64,000 bases of DNA from positions 33,852,001-33,916,000 of the forward strand of contig OX597817.1 of NCBI GenBank assembly GCA_951406725.2, written 5' to 3'. This document shows positions 1-46,900 of the stretch, in pieces. The notes beneath the pieces were generated by a model. The model searched no databases. It had not been told where the DNA came from and saw only the letters and a program-made list of their open reading frames with translations. Position 1 is the stretch's first letter, and each line of letters starts with the position of its first letter. A program made the translations under genes and the position numbers. This DNA is from Octopus vulgaris (lineage: Eukaryota).

Positions 1-483
1 CGTGATCCGATACTTGGCAAAATAATTTCGGGAATAAAAAAACAATGTATGGAATAATTGCATCAATGCTGAAAGATCTGTTAAGTTTATCAAACTCTAG
101 AAAACCGTTACCTTGGCAATGGCTAGATTATCGGTTCGCCTGAAGTATCTAGAAACTAAGTCATTGAAAGCGTTCATAGCAATATCCATTTTGGTATTAA
201 TGATACACGCAATTGTCTAAAGCCTGATGGCCTGAATATTTAGACACTGTTGAAGACTACATACTATCTACAATAATAATGCTCTTGTGTTTTTCTCCGT
301 CACAACATATGAATGAGAAAGGAAGGGGTGATAGATGAATGAGAAAGGAAGGGGTGGTGGCAAAGTGGCAGTCGGATGATGGAAATTCTACGGTGAAAAA
401 AAAATCAAACAGCTTTTCAACTCTGTGTGAGTATATGTGTGTGCGTGTACAAGGGAAGTGTGTGTATGTTTGTATGTGTGAAC

Positions 484-866
484 GGAGGCGCAATGGCCCA
501 GTGGTTAGGGCAGCGGACTCGCAGTCGTAGGATCGCGGTTTCGATTCCCAGACCGGGCGTTGTGAGTGTTTATTGAGCGAAAACACCTAAAGCTCCACGA
601 GGCTCCGGCAGGGGATGGTAGTGATCCCTGCTGTACTCTTTCACCACAACTTTCTCTCACTCTTTCTTCCTGTTTCTGTTGTACCTGTATTTCAAAGGGC
701 CGGCCTTGTCACTCTCTGTGTCACGCTGAATATCCCCGAGAACTACGTTAAGGGTACACGTGTCTGTGGAGTGCTCAGCCACTTACACGTTAATTTCACG
801 AGCAGGCTGTTCCGTTGGTCGGATCAACCGGAACCCTCATCGTCGTAACCGACGGAGTGCTTCCAT
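484..866 (+). mobile_element. tRNA-derived SINE family C
   Basis: A-box TGGCCCAGTGG and B-box GTTTCGATTCC; head shared with 30836-31137. Confidence 0.8.
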
Positions 867-1499
867 GCTTCCCCATGTGTGAACCAGCATTCTTTCAGTA
901 ACAAACGATGATCGATGTCACGTCTCAAAATACAAACACTAGATAACATTGGGAAGTGTATTAATTCGAATTACCATCCATATTCTATCTGTTGTGTTAC
1001 AAATATTATTACAATCACACACATCTACACAATCATATACATATACAAACTCATTAGAGAAAATAATTATTGGCTGAGTGTATCAAGAATATAAAACAAC
1101 TACAGTTGAAAAGTATATTAAAAATACACAGTTCATACTTGTGCTTAATTTATTTACATTAAGACATTTATGCAATAAATTTTGAATAGGGAGTTTTTAC
1201 AGTATCAACTATAAGTCACGGACTGCTTCAAGTTGCTTTAAGTCGTATGAGATTAGGTTGGTTTCTGTAATGGAGAGCGCAATTGAAAGGAAACGTCGCT
1301 TCGGAAAAGTTGGTATTTACTTGCCTGTCACCGTACTTAGTCACGGCTAGCTTTATGTTGCTTTAAGTCGTACAAGAAGGAAAGAAAACTTTAAAATTCT
1401 TTTGAGGGAAACAATCAGTCAAGGGATGTTAGCTGCGATAGATTTTTCACAAAAGATTTTGTAATAAAAGAATTATTAAACTAAAAACTTTGTTTTGTA

Positions 1500-2951
1500 C
1501 CTTATTTATATATAAAATACTACAATTAGCCGTCATTTTTGACGGCACGGGGCCAGTTAGTCTTATGATAATTTTGCTTTACTTCGCCCATCTTGTAATA
1601 ATATTGCGTTATTTCGCCCATCGGTAACGCTTTCACCTGATTAGAGAAAAAGAGGTGGGTGGGAGAAAGGGAGAGAGAATCGTCCATGACGTGAGATAGA
1701 GGGAATGTAATTGTAATGCTTTCACGTGATTAGTTGAAGGGAAAGAGAGGAGAAAGAAAAAGGAGAGGGGAAGAGGATAAGGCGAAGAGGAGAAAAAGGA
1801 GAGAGAGAGAGAGAAGCGTTCATGACTTGAAGTAGGGGAAACGTAATAATTTTTAGCAAAGGGGTGATGTTCTGATGGTGAGGTTAAAAGAATACAGAGA
1901 GGGAGAGAAAGAAGGGAGAGAGAGAGAGAGAGGTTATGGTGGTGATGGTGGTGGGGATGGTGGAGGTAGTGGTGAGTGATAGTGAAAAATGTATGTTCTT
2001 AAAATTGAACTAAGTTTTCTTTTATATTACCAATTACTTAACACATGCACGTAAGTGCAATTCCGTGAAATATACACGCTTATTTACGTGGCAGATATAT
2101 ACAATTTAACTAAAGGTTGTATCATATGTACGGGATACAAATTGGATTTTTATGTAAAAAGGGGTCTAAATGGGGCTGGAAGGAGATTAAAATTTACAGG
2201 AGGGAGTAACTTGAGGTGAGAAATTGATTGGGAGACGTTTTGGGGCGCTACGGTAGTTGCTTTGCTGTGAAAACGGGGATTTTATTGATTTTTGGGAACA
2301 TTTGGGGGTAGATCTAGATTGGACACCTTTTGCCTGATTTCAATCAAATTTTCAGCATGGTAAAGTGGAAGCGGATTTGTAATTTAAACGCGGAAAATGG
2401 GTTCGAAATTTTGAAAATTAAGGCAAGATTTTTGAAGTTGAAAAAAATTTCTCATTTTTACGTATTTTTGCCTTTTATTTTTTATTGTTTACAGTTTTCA
2501 TTTTTTTTTTTCTGAAAGAAATTAACAGCTGCATGTAGCCCGTGTTAAGAGCTTTCAGTTGCATGGTCAATCGTCGAAAAATTCCCAAACTAAGTACTAA
2601 ATTTAACAAAGAAATCTTTTTTTTCCTCATTTTTAATCGCTCAAATAATGGTACGTACAAGAGGCAAGTGTGCTTTCCGTTGTCACTGCTTGATATTTAT
2701 TATTGATCTTTCAAAATATTTTCTTTCTCAACTTACTCAAGATCTTTTATTTTTTATAAATGGGAAATAGATAGATAGAGAAAGATAGAGAGCAAGAAAA
2801 AACGCGGGAGAGTCCGAGTGAAAGGAAGAGTAAGAGAGTGGGAAAGTGAAAGAGAAAGGAGAGAGAAACAAAGAGGGAGAATGTGGCGATAAGAAACAGA
2901 AAGTAACAACCACACCCTCACCCGCGCGTAGAGCGGGTCACCTTAAGCTAG
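1500..2951 (+). mobile_element. Helitron-like element (5' boundary uncertain)
   Basis: 3' hairpin ACCCGC-GCGTAGA-GCGGGT then CTAG|T at 2948-2952; internal short repeats. Confidence 0.5.
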
Positions 2952-3195
2952 TAAATCACATATATTGATATGTGTATATGTACACCTGTTATTTAGAAAC
3001 CCAAGGGAGTGCCAAGTAAAAACTGGACACAATATTTTCTTTATTTCTATATTTTATTTTTTCCCTTTCTTTCTTTCTTTCTCATTTCCAAGAATACACA
3101 GTATATGTATGTATGAATGTTTATGAAAATATACACACACAATGGGTTCCTCTATATATATATATATTTGTGTGTGTGTGTGTATATATATATAT

Positions 3196-4153
3196 TGTTA
3201 TGGTTTGGCTAGTGCAGTATTTCTTGACCCACTTTTTGGGAGTGGCGCCGGCAGGTCTGGAGTCAAAAACGAAAGGCTTTTGTTTGCTGGAAGAGTAATG
3301 GCTTTTTGGAGAGACCTTTGGCCTTGCCGGTCGATTGGGGGTCAGAGAGATGTGAGGGCCGAGGAAGAGGAAAGTAGTGAGAAAGATAGAGTAAGGGCTG
3401 AGAGCAGATAGAGAGAGTATAAGGCTAAGAGACAGATTGAGGATAGAGATAGGCAGTTAGGGCTGAGAGCAGATAGAGAGGATATTAGCAGTAGAGACAG
3501 ATTGAGGGGTAGTGATAGAGGAACAGTTGGTATTCGGTCGTCAAAGAGGACAGTCGGATTTTGGAAGTCAGAGCAAGCAGTTGGGGATTCGAGAGCTTGG
3601 CAGGTTGGAGCTAGCAGCACAGAAAGGGATATATACAGAGGAATAGGCGACAGAGAGAGAGAAACTACAATATGGGACACTGGCTATTCTAATCAGGAAT
3701 TAAGGTATTTAATTGTATTGATACGTGCTACGATGTAAAGAGACTGTAAAAGAAAAAAAGAATTGGTGTATTGAACAGTGAAAAGAACTGAGACAGTGAA
3801 ATGAACAGTGTGAATTGTGTAAAGACATTTTGTACAGTGTTGTGATTTGAACATTGTATAATGTCCGTCGAACTGTATATGACTTGTTGTGTCGTTACCG
3901 GACTGTTATATTGTTACATGCATGTTTAAATGCTTTGATCTGTTGTATACCTGTATTGATTTGTTGTTTCCTTTAAATGCTTTGATGTTGTAACAATTGA
4001 TTGTCATAAACTAGTTGTTAAATGTAAGCCAGTTGTTGCCTTGCCGTTTTGTGTCTCTCTCGGTATCTCTCTGTGCTGCTGCTGTTGTTGTTGTTGTATC
4101 TCTCCTCTCCTCTCTGGGTTCCGTGGCGAACGACGACGGGTGATTCCGTAACA
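3196..4153. mobile_element. Solo LTR (~958 bp)
   Basis: TGTTATGG...CCGTAACA inverted termini; ATAT on both flanks (TSD within a TA run); no ORF. Confidence 0.7.
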
Positions 4154-4473
4154 ATATATATAACACTCCTACTATTGAAAAACAAACCCTCTTTTTCCTT
4201 CTCTCTTTCCATTTCTTACAGAGATCATCTAAAAATACAAAATGACCCAAAATGAAAAAAAAAGAGAGAAAAAAACACATTTTTAAAACACGCACACCGA
4301 CATTCTCTCTCTTTCACCTTCTCCATCCCTCTATCTCCCTATCACTCCCTCTCTCTCTCTCTCTTTCACCTTCTCCCCCCTCTATTCCCCATTATATACA
4401 CAAACACTCTCTCTCTCTTTCTCCCCACTTTATTTACCAATAATATAAATACAGGCAAAACTCTAAAAACTGA

Positions 4474-4520
4474 CATTTCTGATGAGACTACAGGAGTAGT
4501 TGAAAGCGCTAAAAAATATG
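4474..4520 (+). ncRNA. Minimal type I hammerhead ribozyme motif
   Basis: CUGAUGA (4479), stem II GACUAC/GUAGUU, GAAA, palindromic GCGC stem III, UA; stem I is only UUU/AAA. Confidence 0.7.
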
Positions 4521-4827
4521 AAGAAATATTATGTGATATGTAAATAAATATATATCTTTTTACAACCATCCAGCATTCTGAACGCCTTTTTCTTTCATAA
4601 GTATTAAATCTGTACATCACCCCCCAATACTTCTAACACACACACACACACATACACAACGAGCTTCTTACAGTTTCCTTCTTACAAAATCCACTCACAA
4701 GGTTTTGGTCGGCCCGAGACTATAGTAGAAGACACTTGCCCAAGGTGCCACGCAGTGGGACTGAACCCGGAACCATATGGTATGTAAGCAAGCTACTCCT
4801 ACGCCTATGTAAGGATTTTATCCTCTA

Positions 4828-5130
4828 TTAGCAGTATCGCCCGGCGTTGCTCGGGTTTGTAAGGGAAATAACTATATAAGCATTTTTAGAGAGTTACTTC
4901 CTTTATATAATAGCAAAAAAATGCATTAAAAATGGGAAAAAATTATGGTAAATTTTTTTTTAAATCGTAGACTCATCGTAGACGCGCGCTAATACCCAGA
5001 AGGGCTCGATATGAATCACGACTATAAGATACCCGGTTTTGGTTAAACTGCACCGCAAAATGTGGGAGTAGTTAGGAATCTAAATCGTAGGAGACAGACA
5101 CTCACACAACTTCACTTTTATATATAAAGA
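4828..5130 (-). mobile_element. Non-autonomous Helitron (same family)
   Basis: Same termini and body as 48300-48644. Confidence 0.82.
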
Positions 5131-5695
5131 TATGCTGTTTTATCAGTATTTACACGCTGAAAAAAATCTTTTAGATTGATTATGTATTAGTTGCATTAAT
5201 ACAACTTCAATTTCAATGCAAAATGCAAATATCAGTATAAAAACAAATATTCTCAGAGGACAAGAAACATTCACGTTCAGGAAATTTGTTTTTTACTTCC
5301 ATCTTACTTCGTAACGTATTTCTTATATTAACGGCTTACATATATCTAACTTCAATCTTGTTCTCATTTTTCAGAAAGCATGTATGTTTTGATTGAAAAA
5401 GAGCCCATAGTCCTATAAACATTTGAAACATAATGTATTATTTAATAATTATTAAAACATTTTTTCGCTTTCTCCCAGTGAAAGCCACATGAAATGGAGT
5501 ATGTCTTGTCTGTCTCGGTCACTTACTAAAAAGATATATTTTTATCCCTATCTTTGCATGTAATGCATATTCTAGGCACTTTTGCTTTTCTTACTTTACA
5601 GCAATTTGTTCTCTTTTTGCTCTCTTGAAAATCAAATAGATCAGGACCCGATTTTTTCCGCTCTAAGAAACCAGAGAATATATAGTATACTATAT

Positions 5696-6068
5696 GCCCA
5701 CAAGGGGCTAACATAGAGGGGACAAACAAGAACAGACAGTGCGAAACTGGTACTTTATTTATCGACCCCGAAATGATGAAAGGCAAAGTCGACCTCGGCA
5801 GAATTTGAACTCAGAACGTAACGACAGACGAAATACCTATTTCTTTACTACCCACAAGGGTACTACACAGAAGGGACAAACAATGACAAACAAACGGATT
5901 AAATCGATTACATCGACCCCAGTGCTTAACTGGTACTTAATTTATCGACCTCGAAAGGATGAAAGGCAAAGTCGACCTCGGCGGAATTTGAACTCAGAAC
6001 GTAACGACAGACGAGATACCGCTCAGCATTTCGCCCGGCGCGCTAACGTTTCTGCCAGCTCACCGCCT
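5696..6068 (-). mobile_element. tRNA-derived SINE family B, tandem 1.7-mer
   Basis: GAGTTCAAATTCCGCCGAGGTCGACTTTGCCTTTCATCCTTTCG..GTCGATAAA body occurs twice. Other copies at 24488-24712 (-) and 51730-51904 (+). Confidence 0.8.
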
Positions 6069-6394
6069 TCAAAGAATACATAGTATAAGAAACACATTAT
6101 GGTAGATATTTATGTACCATCATTCATATACATGAGGCCTGTAAATTTAGAGGAGGGCATTGTCCATTATATCGACTTCAGTGACAGACTGGTACTTTTT
6201 TCATTGACTCCAGAATGAAAACCGAAGTTGATCTCAGCGCGATTTGAACTCGGAGCGTAAAGGGACGTAACTAAACATCACAGTCGCAAAACATTTTATC
6301 CAATGTTCTACAATTCTACATCACCACCGCCTCTAACACTTCAGCCAATCTACCGCCATTAGTATCTATAATCGTTACTAAGTAAATACAATGT

Positions 6395-6583
6395 AAAATA
6401 TTACGTCAAGCGGAAAGTAAACAAGACCAAATGTTGCATAGAGGATGCAAGGGAGATAATTAGATCTATCAGTTAATATAGAAACAAATGTTCTATTTTC
6501 CATTGGTCGGAGCAGAAATTCTACTTTTTACACTTAAAGATAACGGCAAGCAAGAAGAAACAAAGTACTAACTTTGAGAAAAT
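6395..6583 (+). promoter_or_regulatory. Candidate core promoter / 5' UTR of the arylsulfatase gene
   Basis: Non-repetitive stretch before exon 1 with CRE-like TTACGTCA (6401) and reverse CCAAT (ATTGG, 6502); motif-level evidence only. Confidence 0.3.
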
Positions 6584-41869
<35,286 letters not shown>

Positions 41870-42684
41870 AATAATCAATCTCAACTATAAGTTTTTTCAA
41901 TTGTGTGTGGGAATTAGAATTTATTCAAATTCTAATTGCATTAATTGGTTATAAAAAAATGGTGTAGGTGAGGGAAGAATCTTATTTTAATACTAACAAA
42001 AAAGGAATATCTAAAATCATTAATCATTATAGTTGTCTATCATGATTTTTTTTCTTTTCATGATTGGGTTGCCCACTGAATTCTACTTGTTCACTTTGGG
42101 CTGAATTTTATCATTGTATTTTTATTATCTTGCAAACCAAATCCAAAAACGAAATCTAATTTGGTACTTTTTTTTTAATAACAAATATTCAAAATACCAT
42201 CAAAATGTTTAGTTTCTTGTAAATCATACACACTGATTGAATAAATATCTAAATATCAAATAAACTTACATTGGAATTGTACATCTTTTTTTTAATATTT
42301 AATCAGAGTTTAAAATATCTATCTTCATGATTTTTATATTAATGCATGCCTATGTAAAATTTGTCCTTCATTAATTAACAAATTACTATATATTAGTCTT
42401 TTCTGTATTGCTCCAATTTGCTACTACTAAAGCAAGTACAGCAAGTTAATATATTTTAATATTATATTTGATGGCTTATGAGCTACATACCCCAACCCCC
42501 CCCACCACCACCAAAAAATCACCCCAGGTCCAATCTGCAAGACTTGACCTACATTACATGTTTTAATGCACTAAAAATCTTTTCTCTGGATAGGCGCAGC
42601 TAAAATTGGAGTGCGTCAAATATGTCTGTACATATTTAATGCTATCAAATATGGTAATAACAATAAATAAATCTCATGTCCTGC

Positions 42685-43580
42685 TAAGGACATGTGTAAG
42701 CTGGCAAGGAATGAAGCCAGTATGCTCCACTGGATGTGTAATGTCAGTGTGCATACACTGCAGAGTGTAAGCACCCTGAGAGAAAAGTTGGACTTAAGAA
42801 GGATCAGATGTGTGCAAGAGAGACGACTGCACTGGTATGGTCATGTGTTGCAAATGAATGAAGACAGCTGTGTGAAAAAGTGTCACACCCTAGCAGTTGA
42901 TGGAACCTGTGGAGGGGGTAGATTCAGGAAGACCTGGGATGAGGTGGTGAAGCACGACCTTTGAACATTGGGCCTCACTGAGGCAATGAGAAGTGACCGA
43001 AACTTTTGGAGATATGCTGTGCTTGATAAGACCCGGCAAGCCAAGTGAGACTATAACTGTGGCCTATGCCAATGCTGTATAACCAACCCATTTAAGAGTA
43101 CTCTTCAATCATTGGACAATAAACTATGCTTGCAAAGACCTGTTGAGGGAAGTGAAATCAATGTATTGGCCAATGACAGTACCACCTGATTGGTACCTGT
43201 GCCTGTGGAACATTAAAAGCACCATTCGAGTGTGATCACTGCCAGCATTACCTGACTGGCTCCTGTGCCATTGGCACATAAAAAACACCATTTGAGTATG
43301 ATCGTTGCCACTGCTACCAGACTGGCTCCTGTGCAGGTGGCACGTAAAAAGCATCATTTGAGTGTGGCTGATGCCAGTACCCCTTGACTGGCCTTCATGT
43401 TGGTGGCATGTAAAAGTACCCATTACACTCTCGGAGTGGTTGGTGTTAGGGAGGGCATCCAGCTGTAGAAACTTTGCCAGATGAGATTGGACCTGGTGCA
43501 GCCTTCTGGCTCGCCAGCCCTCAGTCAAACTGTCCAACCCATGCCAGCTTGGAAAGTGGACGTTAAATGTGATGATGATA
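42685..43580 (+). mobile_element. 5'-truncated RTE LINE copy between the two convergent genes
   Basis: ORF 42692..42964 matches the RTE C-terminus; 3' UTR repeats and GATGATGAT tail. Confidence 0.88.
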
Positions 43581-43747
43581 TCACAAAAGTATTAATCAAT
43601 TTGTATTCAGAAGAGAAAAATGTTTTTATTTCAGAATTAATATATTTAAGTACAAATTTATCAAGTAATTTCATATAGCTTACATTTTGATAAGAGGCAA
43701 TATTTTATTGAAATCAGCATAGAATATAATAGCAAGACTATTTAAAA

Positions 43748-43918
43748 TCAAGATAACTTGAGATCAGCAAACTCCTGAGCCAGCTTCATAGCCTCTTCTA
43801 CAGCATGAACATTGGTCCCTGTAGCTTGTGCAGATACATCTTTACCTCCACCTTTGCCATTGATGCATTCCGTCACTGAGCCAATCCATTCATTTGCCTT
43901 CAGTGTATTAGTAAGTTC
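43748..43918 (-). CDS. AARS1: AlaRS terminal exon (LKANEWI...[14 protein letters not shown]...*)
   Basis: C-terminal AlaRS motif and TGA stop; minus-strand AATAAA near 43704 and 43625. Confidence 0.94.
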   Translation of the reverse strand, partial: ELTNTLKANEWIGSVTECINGKGGGKDVSAQATGTNVHAVEEAMKLAQEFADLKLS

Positions 43919-46900
43919 CTGTATTGAAGAAAACAATAATGAATCAATAAATAAAAAAAAAAAGAAATCTGGAAATTGTTTCGGTCAACAGTTATAAAAC
44001 TGTGTTGCCAACAGCTTAGCAGTCATGATTAGGATTGCACTACCAGCAGCTTAGTAATCAGATCTGGATCTGCATTACCAACAGATTAGAAGAAGAGTGG
44101 ACTTCATCATGAATAACCTATCAGTTACAGGTAGAACTGTATCACCAAAAATTTAGCAGTAAAGATGAGATCATGTCACTAATAGCCTAGCACTCATAAT
44201 TGTCTTCGTAAGTTTAGATGTTGGAGGAATATGTGATCACATGAATAAAAAAGAGTGAAAAGAAAAGAATTACGTTATACAAAACAAACTCAGAGTCAAG
44301 ACTATTTAAATGGTTGCAAGACGCAACGAAAATTTTAGGAAAATACAAATAAGAAATAGTGGAAATTTTACCGGTGAGTGTGTTACATTACAAGGCACAA
44401 AAAGAAAAACTCAATATGTCTATCCAACTACAGCCTGCTTTGAGTAAATTATCTGATGTCAAATAAAATAAAGCTGAAAGATGACAAATTCATCCCTTCT
44501 GTAAATGCAGAATCTGCAGGAAAGGAGACAGAAAGTATCAACCATGTTTTAAGTGAATGCATAAAAAGAGTATAAGCGTAAGTATGACTGTATAGGTATT
44601 GGGGTGTTAGCCGAGTGTGTGCATTCAAAGAAGCAGAAAAGTGGTATGAACACAAACCAGAGGCTGTGATAGAGAATAATAATTACGGGATTTTGATGGG
44701 ATTTCTCCTGACCATAATATTGAAGCAAGATGATCAGATATGATTGTGGAGGACAAAAAAATAAACAGTGTTAGATCACAGACTTTGCAATACAATATGA
44801 TAATAGAGTGGATACCAAAGAGATTGAGAAATATCAGGTTCTAGCCTGACAGAAATTAAGAGATTGTGAAAGACTAAGATTACAATTATTCTTGTTGTTG
44901 TTGTTGTTAAGCAACAAGACGGGTAAGGATGATTAGGTGATGGTCTAGGGCTTAGGGGTGGGAGACCCCAGACCTTGGAAAAAAAAAAAACTTTGGTCGT
45001 CTTGTAGTCGAGGGCTCTTCGCTGACGCCTGGCACCACTGGGAGGTGGCCCTCGAAGTCGCTGGAAATGGAGATCTCCAGGTCCAAATTCTTGGACGGCT
45101 ACAATTATTCTTGTGGCAATTGGTTCTCTAGGCAGCATATCAATCAAACCGACACCTAAGTGGCAGAGGATATTGGAATTGAGACTGACATTGTCAACCT
45201 GCAGAAAAGTTCTATCCTGCATTCTGTAAGAATCCTAATAAAGATTCTCAACATTTGAGGAGACTTGTTGCCACAAAACCTTAAAACAACATCTCTGCTA
45301 TCTAATATAGCATATAATAGCTTTAAATAATAATAATAAAACAGATACGCACCTTAGGAACATAACTCATACACAATAATTTTCCAGCATCAACAGCAAA
45401 AAATAAGACTGCAGTTTGCGGACTCAGAGACTTGTATTGTTTTACAGCAGAATCCAATGCCTGAAGAGAATATAAAGAATAAATAGAATTGAACTGAAGA
45501 TTTGAAGAAACTAAATTGCATCACTGTCAAGTAATCTAGACTTGTGTCTGCATGTACTTGTAAATTGACTTTACAACTGAGGAAGTTTATATTAATGTGT
45601 GCATGAGCTGGCCAAGTAGGTCCAGTTTTAGACAACCAGTTCATGGCTAGTAAGTTCATTTACAGCCTTAGCTTTTTTGTTGCATCTCCGGTTAGGACAC
45701 TTTCATCATCATCATCATTTAACGTCTGCTTTCCATGCTAGCATGGGTTGGACGATTTGACTGAGGACTGACGAACCAGATGGCTGCACCAGGCTCCAAT
45801 CTTGATCTGGCAGTTTCTACAGCTGGATATCCTTCCTAATGCCAACCACTCCAAGAGTGTAGTGGGTGCTTTTACGTGCCACCAGCATGAGGGTCAGTTA
45901 GGCAGTACTGACAACGGCCAAGCTCAAATGGTGTTTTTTATGTGCCACCTGCACAGGAGCCAGTCCAGCGGCGCAGGCAACAACCTCACTCAAATGTTTT
46001 TTCACATGCCACCGACACAAGTGCCAGTAAGGTGACGCTGGTAATCCTGTATAATCACCATCAATCCCTGGACAATACAGGGATTCTTGTTTATAGCAGA
46101 ATGGACTGGAACATTGTGAAATGAAGTGCTTTGCTCAAGAACCACCTGATCCAGGAATCAAAATCAAGACCTTGCAATGGTGAGTGCAACACTCTAACCA
46201 CTAAGCCTCATGCTTTCATGTAAGTACAATACCATCAGAGAATACCATTTGTGATACACTAGCATCTTATAAACACACAGATTTATCTCTTAGCTTTTGA
46301 ATATGGCAGAATCCAAAATTAAGTACTGACATCTGGAGATTCTGTTGTCCATGGACCAGTTGTTTATAAAGTGGACTCCTGTTGTTTGCTGCTGTTTTTG
46401 TTGTTTAGCCCCAGTTCATCCCTGATCAGGCAAACCTATGATCAAAATAAGTTCCAGCTATAACTATCTTGACATTTTGTGTACTTACGACAACAATGTT
46501 CAATGTGTCCTACCTTTTTCAAGATGTGAACAATGTGAGCTGCATAAAACTTGGCTGCTATTTCAAGCAGACTGAGCAACCACATTGCTTACATGTAGAA
46601 TAGGTTGGCTAATGACTATCTATATATTTAGATATGAACCAGTAATTATTGTGTAAAAATAGTGAAATTTCTTTTATTTATGTTTATATAGGCGCAGGAG
46701 TAGCTTTGTGGTAAGTAGCTTGCTAACCAACCACATGGTTCCGGGTTCAGTTCCACCGCGTGGCATCTTGGGCAAGTGTCTTCTGCTATAGCCCTGGGCC
46801 GACCAATGCCTTGTGAGTGGATTTGGTAGACGGAAACTGAAAGAAGCCTGTCGTATATATGTATATATATATATGTGTGTGTGTATATGTTTGTGTGTCT

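Noticed and set aside
484-560. tRNA genes at SINE heads
   Set aside because: A and B boxes are present but continue into SINE bodies without a proper acceptor stem.
3142-3738. ORFs within the 3196-4153 element
   Set aside because: Purine-rich low-complexity LTR sequence with no gag/pol motifs.
44776-45222. 148-aa minus-strand ORF
   Set aside because: Chimeric reading across a short retroposon insertion and the antisense strand of a decayed LINE.
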